This document shows positions 12,617 to 25,830 of a stretch of DNA of 64,000 nucleotides, in pieces; position 1 is the first letter of the stretch, and the number at the start of each line of letters is the position of its first letter. Below the pieces are notes generated by a model. The model searched no databases and had not been told where the DNA came from. It worked only from the letters and a program-made list of their open reading frames with translations. The DNA lies in the NCBI RefSeq assembly GCF_036321535.1, contig NC_087437.1, positions 33,358,001 to 33,422,000 on the forward strand. Direction: 5' to 3'. Origin of the DNA: Camelus dromedarius (Eukaryota). The position numbers and the translations under genes are program-made.

Positions 12617-13550
12617 TGGAGGCATTCAGAGTCTGCCATGCCAAAATACACCACTCCAGCATAGGATTATTTTGAACTGAAGGCAATTAAGAAAAGGCAG
12701 TCACAGGTCAAGATCTCTGCCTTCTCCTATCTGCCTGAGAGCAGAACATAAATTCCCCTTGTGAAGGTCTACCCCCCACCCTCATTTCTAATGCCAGGAA
12801 GGGGATAAAAACCTTAACACTGGAGATGGATGACATCAAAAGAGTCTGCACAAACAAACTTTATTAAATAGCCCTTATCTTCCATCAGTTTCCACATATA
12901 TTTCCCTATCGTATTCCCCCATATAATTTGCCACCCATGGAGGCTCAAAGTCCTCTTCTTGTCACTTCTCTGAAAAATTACTGTCCTTTGCTAAGAAGCT
13001 ATATAAGCCCAAGTTCTTATTTTGTTTATTTGTGTCTTCTCTTTTTTCTTCTTGGTGAGCCTGACCAGGGGTTTGTCTATTTTGTTTACTCTTTCAAAAA
13101 ACCAGTTCTTGGTTTGATTGATTTTTTTCTATATTTTTTTTAATCTCTATTTTATTTCCTCCCTGATCTTTATCATTTTCTTCCTTCTTCTGACTTTAGG
13201 TTTTGTTTGGTCTTATTTTTCTAATTCTTTTAGGTGATAGGTTGTTTACTTGAGATTATTCTTGTTTTTTGAGGAAGGCCTGTGTCGCTATGAACTTCCC
13301 TCTTAGGACTGCTTTTGCTGCATCCCATAGATTTTGTATGGTTGTGTTTTCATTGTCATTTGTCTCAAAGTATTTTTTAACTTCTTCCACCCCTTTGAGT
13401 TACTCATCACTAAGTGCTCCCACATGTATGCCTGTTAGTAAACTTCTCTCCATTTTTCTCTTGTTAATCTCTCTTTTGTCAGTCTAACATAAAGGGCCCC
13501 AACCTGAGAATCTAAGATGGGTAGAGGAAATTTTTTTTTCCTCCATTATA
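12617..13550 (+). mobile_element. ERV1 solo LTR (MER34-like), split by an L1 fragment
   Basis: gccatgccaaaatacaccactccagcataggattattttgaactgaaggca start; TATA (ctatataag) near 13000; 3' end ctaagatgggtagaggaaa...; possible 4-bp TSD accc/actc. Confidence 0.75.
13015..13386 (-). mobile_element. Internal L1 ORF2 fragment without poly(A), inside the LTR
   Basis: ggtgagcctgaccaggggtttgtc...gaggaaggcctgtgtcgctatgaacttccctcttaggactgcttttgctgcatcccatag is antisense L1 ORF2 (end of endonuclease domain / downstream linker). Confidence 0.85.
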
Positions 13551-13599
13551 ACTCTATATCCTATTTTTCATGCCATAATTATGATGATTTTTAACTCCT

Positions 13600-14223
13600 G
13601 TAATTTAGAAGGAAAATTTTTGTTGAAAGGGAGAGAAAGCCAAATCGAACTAGTTTATTGAAGAAAAATGGTGAATGTGAGTGCACACAGATATTGTGTG
13701 TACATGCGTGTCTGTTGTCATATACCTGAATGGTCCAGGGGTATCTGCGGTCAAGATGTCTGGATCTACATACTCAAACGATGTTGCCAGGAATCTGGTT
13801 ATGCTTTCCTCCGTGCTGCTGTCTTCTGTGTTGTTTTCATTCTCAATTAGATTCTCCTTCAGAGATGGCAAATATTCTCTTGACTTGCTTTCTTCTAGAT
13901 TAGCAAAGTCAGTGGAAGGAGACTACATATTCCTCTAGAATTTCAGCAGAAGTTCTAGGGCTCATATCTGTTGGCTCTGACTGGCTTGTCCTGAGTCACA
14001 TCCCATCCTTGAGCCAGTTACTGTGAATATTTAGGGAGACCATGCTAATTGGCCAGGGCTTGGCTACCTTCCCACCCCTGGATATGGCAGGTAGGGTAAA
14101 TCTCACCTGAACCATATGAAAGAGATGAGGGAGGGAAGTGGTTCCCCCAAAGGAAAAGCAGAATATTCTCACTAGAGAGGGCAGAATGGCTGCTGGAAGC
14201 CAAAACTCAAAACTGTCCACAGC
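13600..14223 (-). mobile_element. ERVL-MaLR solo LTR (MLT1K-like)
   Basis: gagtcacatcccatccttgagccagttactgtg...ctaattggccagg...ggaagtggttcccccaaaggaaaa...aactgtccacagca; left boundary uncertain. Confidence 0.7.
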
Positions 14224-15996
14224 AGAAGGTATATTGATGTCCCCTGGCTAACAGTGGAATTTGAAATTTTCAGGTTCTGATAAACAGCCAAGAGAGTGAG
14301 AATTGGATTTACTTCTTTCTCATTCACTCTATCAATGAGTCAGTATATGAAATGATAAAATCCAGTTTTCAGGAGTAACATTCTTTGTTTGACCTGTTTT
14401 AGGAACCATGAGGGAATTTGCATAATAGGATTAATGTTGCTTCTTATTAGTGCCACATAGTCTAAAGCTCTTCAGGATTTCTATTATAGACTTCCATTTC
14501 ACTCTAAATGATATCTAAACTTGTCTTTTTTGTCAATGAGAAGTATATTGCCACATGCACAGTTCAACATGTATTTCATTATTTTATATTTGGTGCAAGA
14601 CTATTGCTTTTTGTAATGAAAGTCACTAGTTGTTGTTCTTAGAGATGTGAAACAAACCTTGATATCGAGGAAACGTCACTGGAAATAAAAAACTCCACAC
14701 AGTTTTTCTGTGACAGAATTTTCCATTATTGACAGAAATAAAATCCTAAGCATTTAAACATGTAAGCAATTGGAGAAACTGATTAATAAACATTTTTAGG
14801 ATAAAACATTCAAAAGTGTGCTTATTATAAACTTATAAATAATTCTACACTCTCAAGGGGGAGAGATGGGGGAGGAGGAAGGGGAGGAGAGAGAGACGAG
14901 GATACTAGTTTGGTTAAATCTACACTGCTGTGTTTTCTTCATTACAGATTCTAACTGTCTGGTATTTCTGATACCAGTTTTATGATCTGACTTGACTCCT
15001 TTGTGACTCCCTTTTCTAGCTTCATGATACTGAACTGCTCCTTAGTTTTCCTGACTCTGACATGACACCTTGGGCGTACATCCCAAAGTGGGTATTTCAA
15101 CACAGGATTTAGCCATACTGAAATAAGGATCATGTTTGGTCCATTCAGAGAAGAGGAAAAAAATTCCTTCTCTAGTTGTTTAACTAAATTGAGCTTTTAC
15201 TCTAAGAGAATGGTAGGCCTGGTATTTCCGTTAGGACATAATCTTATGTGACTAATAGACCAGTGAAAATATTATGGTTTAAGAATTCATCTGATATCAG
15301 CATACCATCACAAATCATAGGACCATCCTTCAGTTGGTTAGTCTAGTCAAAACCTCAATTGGATTGAGTGTTTGAATGAATTGGCCCATGTGGTGTTTGC
15401 TCTTGTCCTTTTCCCTCCAAGGTTTTATGCTTAAAGTTAGTGGAATTTCCCCAGGAGAAACATTTGATATCTTGATGTCAATGACCTGGTTACTGCAAGA
15501 TCTGTAAAAGCAGAGCACCACCAAAGAATTCATTTTAAAGCACAACCATCAATGGGTCTCTAATTCCTTATGTGGAAAAGTGATTCGTAATGTAGGGGAA
15601 CATTTAAAGAACTGTCTAATGTAATGGACTTTAATTGTTATCTGTTGCTTATTTTACCCTCATTTCCCCAAATTTGCTTTGAAAAGAAACCTTTTAAAAG
15701 TCATTTTAAAGTTTTTAAAGTTATAAAAGTGGTAAATGTGGAGGACTATGAAGCTGTCAAAAGCAACAGACAAGATTTACACACATTATAGATAGATCTT
15801 ACTATAGTTCTGAATGAAAAAAAAGTAAAAATGAAATGAAAGAAATATCACAATACCACTTAATTAATTATGTGATTAACAAATACATATCAAATCAGTC
15901 ATACATATTTTACTACACAGTATCATGGTTTCCTATCAGAAAAGATTTGGAGTAATCAAAAAACATCAGATGAGGGAGGCCTTCTAGGAACAAATG

Positions 15997-15997
<1 letters not shown>

Positions 15998-16040
<43 letters not shown>
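15998..16040. repeat. Compound (TG)n(TA)n microsatellite
   Basis: Seen directly. Confidence 0.95.
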
Positions 16041-16959
16041 GCTCCTGAGGACTAATTAAAAAAGTAAGTTTAATAAATACTGTTAAAAGACAAAAACATT
16101 CTCATTAATCCACTGTCCTATCAAATAATCATCACTGGCATTTTAAACTATTCATTTACAACCTTTCCTTCTTTTTTTAAAGAGAAAGATCTTGAGCATT
16201 TTCCATTTGGTTTTCTGAAGGGCAAAAAGGCATTGACTTATTCATAGCAACTTGAAATTTGTGAGCCTGCAAAGCCAACACAAGCTTCTTTATTCTATTA
16301 CCTGTTTTCACCCCTTCTTAATTTACCATTCCCCCTGCTTCTGTCTACCTGTAGAACATCTGAGCTGAAGTGTACAAGGGCAGTTGGAAATGTGGTCCAG
16401 ATCTCTTGAGAATGGCCTGAGTTGTGATAATGATGTGGGTGGTGTCAGTTTTTGAAAGCCATTCATTTAGCACATAGTTATTAAGCAGTGAATTTATTAA
16501 TTGATATAATTAATTAATTCCACAGTTATTTATTGAGAAACAACTATGTGTTAAGCACTGAACTGTAAAGGAGACTAGGGGAGGATTAATATTCCTGTAA
16601 TTGGTTTTTTTTTTATATTTACTATGTACTTGCCATGTGCATAGTCCCCTAACTTGCAGGGTTTTTTGTTTTGTTTTGTTTTGTTTGCAATTTTTAGAGG
16701 TAAAGTATTTGGGAATAAAATGAATATGAAGCAAGTCTTCTTGCCAGGAGAGGAGGCTTTTCTGCTGGAGGAATTTCCTTCTGAGCTCTAAAACACCTCA
16801 GCCTGTAGATGGGCTGTAAGAATTCCCTGAAAAAACCTATGTAGAATTTTACCTTTGCTGAAACTATGAAGAAAGGGCTAGGCAAGAAAAAATTAACCTG
16901 TATACAAGACTTTGAGAGAATGTTTAAATCTACTTAAGGACATATTAAAGCATCTTTGC

Positions 16960-18330
16960 CCTTCTTTTTTCATTTTTACTGTGCTAAAATATTGATAACA
17001 TAAAAATTACAGTTTTAACCATTGTTAAGCTACAGCTTCAAGGCATTAAGTACATTCACACTGTTGTGCAACCATCACAACCATTTGTCTCCAGAACTTT
17101 TTCTTCTTCCCAAATAAACTCCATATTTACTAAACAAAAGCTCCCCATTCCTCCCTCCCCTCAGCCTCTGGCAGCCGTCTTTCTACTTTCTGCCTCCATG
17201 AATTTGACTATCCTAGTGCTATAGGCCACAGATTTGTTCCCACCACCCAAATTCACATGTTGAAACCTAATGCCCATTGTGATGGTGTTTGGAGGTAGGG
17301 CCTTTGGGAGGTGATTAGATCATGAGAGTGGAGCCCTCGTGAAGGATTATAAGAGACACAGAGAAGACTTATAAGAGACACAGAGAAGACTTGTGAGGAC
17401 ACAGTGAAAAGATGGTTGTTTGTGAACCAGGAAATAGGCTCTTACCAATGCCAAATCCGCCAGTGCCTTGGTCTTCCAGCCGCCACAGCTGTGAGAAATA
17501 AATGTGTTATTTATGAGCTACCATGTCTATGGTATTTTGTTATAGCAGCCCAAACTGACTGAGCTACCTCATTATCTTATATAAGTGAAATCACAGTATT
17601 TGTCTTTTTGTGAGTGGCTTATTTCTCTTAGTGTAATGTCCTCAATGTTCATTCATGTTGTAGCATGAGTCAGAATTTTCTTCCTTTTTAAGGCTGTATA
17701 ATATTCTCTTGTGTGTATATACTATATTCTGTTTATTCATCTGCTGATCGACACTTGGTTGCTTTCACCTTTTGGCTACTGTGAATAATTTGGCTGCTGT
17801 GAACATGGGTGTACAAATACCTGTTTCAGTGCCTGCTTTCAGTTCTTTGGGGTGTATACCCAGAAGTGGAATTGCTGGATCATATGGTAATCTATGTTTA
17901 ATTTTTTGAGGAACCACCATACTATTTTTCATAGTGGCTGCACCATTTTACGTTCCTACCAACAAGGCACAAGGGTTCTAATTTTCCACATTCTTGCCAG
18001 TACGTTTTTTTCTTAATGATATAACCATCTTAATGGGTTGAGGTGGTGCCTCATTGTGGTTTTAATCTGCACTGCCCTAATGATTAGTGATACGGAGCAT
18101 CTTTTCATGTCCTTATTGGCCATTTGTATACTTTCTTTGGAGAATTCTTCAAGTCTTTTGTTGATTTTTATTTATTCAAATCTTTTGTTGATTTTTAAAT
18201 CACATTGTTTGGTTCTATTGTTGAGTTATGGAACTTCCTTATTTATTCTAAATATTAATTCATCATCAGATATGTGATTTGAAAATATTTTCTCCCATTC
18301 TGTGGGTTGCCTTTTCATTTGGACATCTTT
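16960..18330 (-). mobile_element. L1 3' end (L1MB-like), 5'-truncated, interrupted by an MLT1A LTR
   Basis: ggcattaagtacattcacactgttgtgcaaccatcac...atacccagaagtggaattgctggatcatatggtaa...; antisense ORF2 C-terminus. Confidence 0.9.
17217..17566 (+). mobile_element. ERVL-MaLR solo LTR (MLT1A-like) nested in L1
   Basis: tgctata...cccaaattcacatgttgaaacctaa...ggaggtagggcctttgggaggtgattagatcatgag...ggtattttgttatagcagcccaaactgactga. Confidence 0.9.
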
Positions 18331-19394
18331 CAAGCATCTTTAATGCAGCTTAGGAATGTATACTTAAATGGAAGTACCTGATATTCATTGAGGCACAGAG
18401 GCAGTAGAAAAGGGGCTTTGCTCTGCATCTTCTCATAATCAAGTTGGCAGAGGAGACAAACACCTGATTAGAAAACAGTGTAGTAAGGAACGCCAAAGGC
18501 TAGAAGAGCCCAGAGAGAAAAAACTCTGCTGCATTAAGTGTGAAGTGTTTATATCTGTTCATTAAAGCGGTTCCCTCAAAGACCTCCACTGGATTTCTCA
18601 TCCACCCCAGGGTATTATATATGTACCCATATACGGATGTCTCCCAAGTCCCTAATAGGAGGATGAGAACCTAATTTCTACTTCTAGACTGAACATCTCT
18701 TCCTGAATGTCTTGCAAGTTTGTCATCATCTTGTTCTAGACAGTTCATATATTTAGAAAGAAAATGTATGAATTTTATTTTATCAAAAAGTATAATGATT
18801 TACCATTTCATCAAATTTTGAGTTTATGTCCTTTAAAAAAAAATCACTGCACTTTCACTTTCAAGGTCATTTTTGTGCGTATAGGATGGTTAGATAATAC
18901 CGAATAAATAAAAAGAAGTAATTTTCAGGTCACTTTGTCATTGCCATATTTATGAAGTTTGAAAGAATGTAAAACATTATTCATAGATTATATTTAGAAT
19001 TTCAGCAAGCAGGTTAGTATAAATTTCCTATGAATTCGAGTGATTGCTTTTAATATTCTAGAAAAATTTTGATAGAGTAAGTATTTTACTATTTTAAAAG
19101 CTGACAAGAGCTGTTAATCATAAAGAAAACAATATATGTAGCTCTGTGATTCTAAAGTTAGACTTAAATTTTTAATCTTCCCTTAATTTATTTTAGTCAT
19201 TGAATATTCATTTTGCTCATCTATTTAATAATTGATTTTGGATAGTGTCATTCTTCCAAGGAGACCAAAACAGAGCAGATAAGTCAGACTTTTCCAGTGC
19301 ATAAATACTCTCCTATGAATATATTAGATGTTCAGAATCTATACAAATGCTTTCTATAAGGCTGCTTATTATTCATAGATAATGATAAAAATGA

Positions 19395-19625
19395 TGATGA
19401 CTAACAGTTATGTGGTTTTTAAAGTTTACAAAGCACTTTTGCATATATTATATAATTTTTATCCTCATAGAAGCTTTGTGAAATAGGCATTGCTTTTATC
19501 ATTTCTACTTTATAAGTGAGGAGATCTAGACAGGGAGAGTTTAAGTGACTTGCCCAAGGTCACTGAGTGAGAGCTTGGATCCAGCCATAGCCTGATGAAC
19601 CACAAATTGTGTATCCTTTCCATCA
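19395..19625 (-). mobile_element. MIR SINE
   Basis: aaagtttacaaagcacttttgcatat...gtgaggag...agagtttaagtgacttgcccaaggtcac. Confidence 0.8.
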
Positions 19626-22600
19626 ATTGCCACATCTCCTCTCATATCTCTTGGTACATGAGTTGGCTTTTCTTTACAGTTTTCAGGAGCCACTACTGAC
19701 CTGTAAAAATCACTTGTGATAGTTTTCAAAGGTGTCTCACATGAAGAAGTTGACCCATGTCATTCATAGGAGAAATTTGGTTATTATTATAAAGGGAATG
19801 AATTCTCAATCCACCAACTGAATTATTTAATTCTAGTTTATGGTCCCATGTTGACTAGTTTCCTGATAGGAAAAGCTCAATTAATCAGGATACATTTATT
19901 CTTTGTTTTCTCAGTCAATTGAAGATTTTCTTTCATCACCATACTTCCCATGAAGGTTGATTATAAATTTTCAGAGATTTTGCAGGGTCGGGGCATCTGG
20001 GGAAGGTTGGGGAAGCATTAGATCTATGGGTTTCCTTTGGTGTCTGCTGAACAGGACATTATCCCATCTGGTCCCGAAGCATCATCTCTTCCTGTCAGCA
20101 TCTGCTGAGATGTCTGAGCTCCCAGCTGCCTCTGGTAATCAGCCTCCTCTGGCATCTGCTGTGGTGTCCTTCTTGTCCTTACAACAAGGCCACTCAGGTC
20201 TGCCTGCCTTCAGTGCCATGTCCTCCTGGCTCTTGGCTACCAGGGGCAAAGGTCTTCTGCTCCTTAGGTCTTGCTCAGAAGCTGTGAACCGTGGTGGGCT
20301 CTCTGTAGACGTTATTATACAACTGTTCACCAGCCCTGCAAGGCAGGGGAGCTTTTCTACAAGGCTGGCCCCTCGCTGAGCTGCACTTAGAAAGGGGGTC
20401 GTGTTATCATTATTTCCTCCTTTCTCTCCACTATGCCTGAGTGTGGGTAGTGTGCAGGGTCCTTCCCAGGAACACTTATTACTGGCCATCTATCTTGCTT
20501 CCCCAAGACTCTCTATTCCATCTCCAGTCCAAGGATTTCTTTTTTTCATATATATGATTCTCTTGAATGTTTAATTCAGTTGTCACTTAAGTATTAATTA
20601 TTTATTACTTATTTACTAAATTACTTAGTGGACAATTTCCTTTTATCTCCATGTCCTCTTCCTTTCTTCTCCTTTCTTCTAGACAACCATCTCAATTTGC
20701 TTAATGTGTAAATCTTTGTCTGTCTTCTTAAAAATGCATATTGTTTTGTGTGCATGCATTTATTTTACATGAATTCACATTATTCATGTAATAATAATGA
20801 ATAATATTATAGCTAATATTATTATAATATTCTTCTTCTTTATCTGTTTTGTGTCCTTATAGCAGGTTGGTGCTACTGGGGGATTGGCACAAGTAGCAGA
20901 TTGTTTCAGTTTCTGTGTGAACATCCGAAATGTTTTTGCTTACTTGGATGATTTATTCATTTTTAACCAGAGATGGAGGACTTCATATTGGCTGGTCAGT
21001 GGCAGAAAAACTCAGCTCTTAGGTGGGTGTCATGTTGACTGTGGGAAAAGCCACGTGGGCTGCCTCAAATCCCATTTCTGGATGTGTGAGGGGAGCCAGG
21101 ACTGTGTGACCTAGCTTAGGTTGAGATGAGATGCCATCAGTGCAGGATCTGCAGAACCCCTTGCTGCAGGGCCCCTGTAAGTCATTTGCTTGTCAGAGCC
21201 ACTGCTGCTGTTAGGTAAGGAAGCCCACTTGTCCTGGAGTGACTCAGTCCTGGCTTAAGCAAAAGAAAAATATTCACCAGCCAGAAATCTAAAAAGACAC
21301 TGTGGATCAAAATTCTTCACCACACTCAAGCTACTTACATACTAAGCCCTGAACTTGAAATCCATGCACTTCTGGCTTGAGTGCATTCTCTTTCTGCTGC
21401 TGTGAATGACACTCCAAGGCCAAATGTGAGTGTGCGCTTATTTAAGCACTGTGATGATTAACCGTTTTAGCCTCATTTTCTGGCTGCCAATATACCGTGG
21501 GGGTCAACATATGGCTCTTCTGTCTCCGTTAAATTAACCTTCAGCACAAGGATGGCCAGACCAGAGAGCCAGAGAGGACAAATTCTTGTAAAACCGAACA
21601 TGTACATACAACATCATAAGACTGAAGGTGTGGGGACGGGGAAGGTGATGCTAAGGAGAAGTGGTGAAGAGAGGCAGGTATTGCTTCATCTGAAGTCAGT
21701 CTAGCTTCAGTGCTCGAGTGTTGGAATTTCTTTTTTCTTTATTTCTTCTCCTTGCTTCCTGAGTACTCTCATATCACCTGACCCTCTGCATTCCCCACCC
21801 CCAATTCTATGTGCAAAAGACTCATACTTATTTCTTCTCTCCTAGGTGATTTTACATTGTTATCTTAGGAAATGGGAATGCAGGGGCTTTAGTCTATGGT
21901 GATTTGATTTGCATAAAACTCAATCACTTAGACATTTCTAAGCAATTATGCTCTGGTTAAAAAAAAAAGTATAGTCTTTATTTGGGAGTGCAATGTGGTT
22001 CCTGTAATAAGTTTCTGAATTTCTTGAGAAATTCAATTGTGAGGCCATCTGGTTCAGAGGTTTATGTCCTTGTCTTGAGATAATTGTGTTATCTATACAT
22101 CAGCAGTGATGACCTCCTTAGCTAACTGAGTCATCCCATAATATCTGAAAATATTTTGATTCAATCTTTATTTTTGATCAAAGGACTAGAGCAATGCCAC
22201 CCTATCAAAGGAGGTTCACAAAAAAGATCGAATATAGTATTTTTCTGGTTTAATTTCTTAAGCAGAGCTAAGGTGAATTTCTTTTGCATTTGTTGTTCCT
22301 TCCCTTCCCCAACTGTAATCCTGCAGAAAATTTTACTAGGATGTAGCATAAATGCAAACTGGTAAGTAGTGAGAATAGATAAAATGATCATTTAAAAAAT
22401 TACAGATGAGTTTCGTAATGGGGAAAAGGCTAGAAGAATGTAAGGGCAGTTTCAGTTATGCATTCAATGAATTATGACTAAAAGACAGAGAGACAACTGT
22501 ATATACGTATGTATGCTGAGGAGACAGAATGGCTCAGGGTGGACAGGCCTAGATAAAGGAGAAGTATAGTGGGGAGGTGAATAAGGAAAAAGACATTTAG

Positions 22601-24889
22601 GAAGTGAGAGTGAAAACCAGGAGAGGTTAATATGAGACACCTGAGCCTAAAACATAAGGGAAAAACACCCTACAATAATTAAAATATAATTAACATTTTA
22701 AATCAGTGTTTGTAATTGAAAGCACTGATTTAACACAAAGGAAAGAAAAAGGAACAAGCTTGGGAAGGAAATCAACTGGAAGAGAAGCCAGCACAGTGAT
22801 AGTCTAGTTATTCGTTTATTTTCTATTGGAAACACTGCTGTGGGCCTGGCTAGTATGAAAACCAGTGACCTAGAGTCTAAAGCCATTGTACCCCATTAGC
22901 CATTTTTTCAGTCATCTTGAAGAAAGAAAATTTGAAGGGCAGATGAACACCATCCAGAATAGCCTGGAATTATGAGCTGCCTGGGAAACTGCATGAGAAA
23001 CCTGACCTACTGAAACGAAAAAGCACGTACCTTATGTTTTTCTCCAAGAATCTCATATTTGGTGTGAGAAATATGATTGGTGTCCGGATAAATTGTTTTG
23101 GTAATGTTTCTGAGTTCTGTTCTCGTACGCAATTTCAAAGAGTTTTACTTCTCACTCCTCCTCTGCTACCCTTTCCACTTTGAGTTTAAGTTTTGCAAGC
23201 ATTATCCATAAATATAAAGTTTTTAGCAATTCCTTTTCTAGGATATCATCATAGGGACAGATTTACACACTGCAGGCAAACATGTATGTCCATCCTTGCA
23301 GCATTACCTGTAATAGCAAAAGAAAAAAACAAGTAAATGCCCATTGTCCGAGTTGCATCCATATGTAAAAGAAGTAACATTTAGACAACTATTACTGTGG
23401 TTTTCCCTTTTTTCTTGCTGAATCCATGAGAGTCTCCAGTTTCTGAGAAGCCCGTCAGCCTGGGAAGGGAGCATAATCAATTTCTGACATGCAAAGTCGG
23501 ATCATGGAGGAAGGTGACAGCCTGGAAATCCAGGCTGTTGTGTGAAGAGAGGATTTTGCAAATATCACAATTTCCCTCCTTTAACATAGGAAGGAACAGA
23601 GATGATATTCTTGACCATGACAGCAAAGCCATAGGGCTTTCTTTTATATATTTAGTGGTAGAAGTCGTCTCTCAAGCAGGGAGAGTAAGAGAAAAGACTG
23701 ACCCTTTTGTACCCTGGGAGATTTGGGGAAGAAGAAAGAATGGAAGTCAGTGGAATAAAATATATGTGTCCTAGTGTTCCCCCTTCCTGCTTTTTGCAAG
23801 TGGAGAGTGGGAAATTCCTTAAGGGAGGATGCTCTGCTTCACCTCCCAGGGTAGGATCTAGAGATAGAGAGCTCCTGTGGGGCCATGTCCTCATGCACCC
23901 GGGGGGGAAGGCCACATTATTTTGATCGCACAGCTTCAAATTCTACATGGTTCCAGGAAACAGGGCAACAAGAACTCGATTAGTAAAAGCTGAGTGTGAT
24001 GGTATCACTCTTATTTAAAAGCATTGTGCCTTGTGGCCAGTGAAGCTGAGCTTGGGCAGCTGATCACTGAAATGAAATTCCAGAAAGAAACAGCAAACCA
24101 TCCAATATCGTCAAGGCTCTTTGTCAATAATTAAAGGATTATCAGAGGTGTATCAGGTTCCTCCCATTGTCATCTAGGGAGGAGGTAAGCGATATGCAGT
24201 AGTGATACCAACACATCCAGACTCTTAATCTTTCCGCTTAGCCCCCATGTGCCCTTAGCCAGGACTTCTCCCTCCCAACAGTCTGTGCTGACATTGCTCC
24301 CCTCCCTGTCAAGGGAATGAAGATAAGTCACCACTTAGAACATTCCAGCTATTTAGAGCACCACCATTCTAAGTAACTAAAAAGTTTACACTTAGAAATA
24401 AATGGTGGTTTATCTTCATTTTTTTCTGCCGTGGGATGGCCCTGGCACACAGGCTTGACGGCAGCTGCTCTCCAAATGCCTGTACCCAAGAGTCTCTGAG
24501 AACTGGGCTCAGTGCCCAAAAAAGTACAAGCACAAAAAAAGAAAATACACACTGAAGAACATTGGGCAGAAAACAATCCTGGCTTGGAATTAATGAGCCC
24601 CAGCAAATCCCTTTTCTAACAGGAGACTTGCATGTCTTTGTGTCTAGAGATTGGTTTTTGTTTTTAAATAAAATTCGGATTTATTTTAAAGAGAGCTTAG
24701 AGATATGCATGGTATATCTGAGTCTGCTGGCAAATTCCAACCCCTAATTTCTTCTTTTTCTTATTTTTAATCAAATTCTGGAAATAGAGGAAAAGCACAT
24801 ACCTCCCCTCCCACTCTTAATTAATATATAAGTTTTGAGGTAAATACTTCAGTGAAAAGTAGACTGAGATTCTATTTGTGGATTTCCCA

Positions 24890-25025
24890 TTATCCAGTTC
24901 TATGAGCTTCAGCAAACGACTTCACCTCTGTGAGCTTCAGTTGCCTCATGTGAGAAATGGGCTCTGATGGATTTTGATAAACTTGCTCCGAAGTGCCTTT
25001 CAACCCCAAGAACCTCTGGATCCAT
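24890..25025 (+). mobile_element. MIR/MIR3 SINE
   Basis: acttcacctctgtgagcttcagttgcctcatgtgagaaatggg core. Confidence 0.7.
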
Positions 25026-25329
25026 GCACATATGCCCCATGTCCCCTTTCTGTGACCTTCCCCAGCCTCTGAGATGTCTTCTTTCCTGTCCAGACATTCA
25101 GTCACCTTGGGCTAGAGCCTGTCCTTCCCAACTCCATAGTTTTCTGTTCCCCATTCTCCCTTCCCCTGATCCCCATTGACTGAGGAAGCCAGAAAGCACG
25201 TGAGAGTGGCTGATCCTAGTAGCTTGGCATTCATCTGTGTCAATTCAGGTAAATGCAGTTTCCTTCCAGGACCTTTTTGCAGTGGTCGCCAACCAACCCT
25301 TTGTCTCTGTAGCTGTCTACTTGATTAAT

Positions 25330-25830
25330 GCCTACCGCCCTCACAGATGGTAAGCCTCATGTGGGCAGACAGCATGTGTCTTTGGCTTGCCCTAAATCCC
25401 GAATGCCCAGTGCTGTGTCCAGGACACAGAGATGGCCCAGTACATATTTGTTTGAATGAATGAATGAGTCCTTTCCAGGCCGTACATCTGAAGTCGCATT
25501 TAGCAGGCAGCTTCACATAGACCTTGCTGGAATCCTTATTGGTGTATGTGGGTCCATCCTGACCGCAATCTAAAATAGCCACCAGCTTCTCTCCCTCCCC
25601 TCTACTCCACCCACCCACCCTTGGACTTTCTCCATTCTTACATCCTGCCTTATTTTATTTCCCAGCACTTAACACTACCTGAGTTGATTTATTCCCAGCT
25701 TTACCATCTGTCTCTTCTGTCAGAGTGGGAACTTCACAAGGGCAGAGACCTTCACCTTATTTAAGGCTGTATCCCCAGCACCTAGGACAGCAGCAACAAT
25801 AGTAGGCTCTTGATGTTGGCTGAATGAACA
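25330..25830 (+). mobile_element. Two L2 3'-end fragments
   Basis: ...catatttgtttgaatgaatgaatga (about 25468) and cacaagggcagagacc...gtatccccagcacctaggacag...ggctgaatgaa (about 25828). Confidence 0.7.

Noticed and set aside
12052..12686. Overlapping ORFs of 68-124 aa
   Set aside because: No recognisable domain or convincing splice boundaries; one begins inside the LTR.
15395..15560. Strong polypyrimidine tract with AG at about 15420
   Set aside because: No convincing downstream donor, and the longest frame stops after about 28 codons.
20765..20830. AT-rich inverted repeats (aataatatta-tagc-taatattatt)
   Set aside because: Low-complexity AT sequence; such palindromes are expected by chance.
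22900..23010. Possible CR1/L3 remnant
   Set aside because: Similarity too weak to call by eye.
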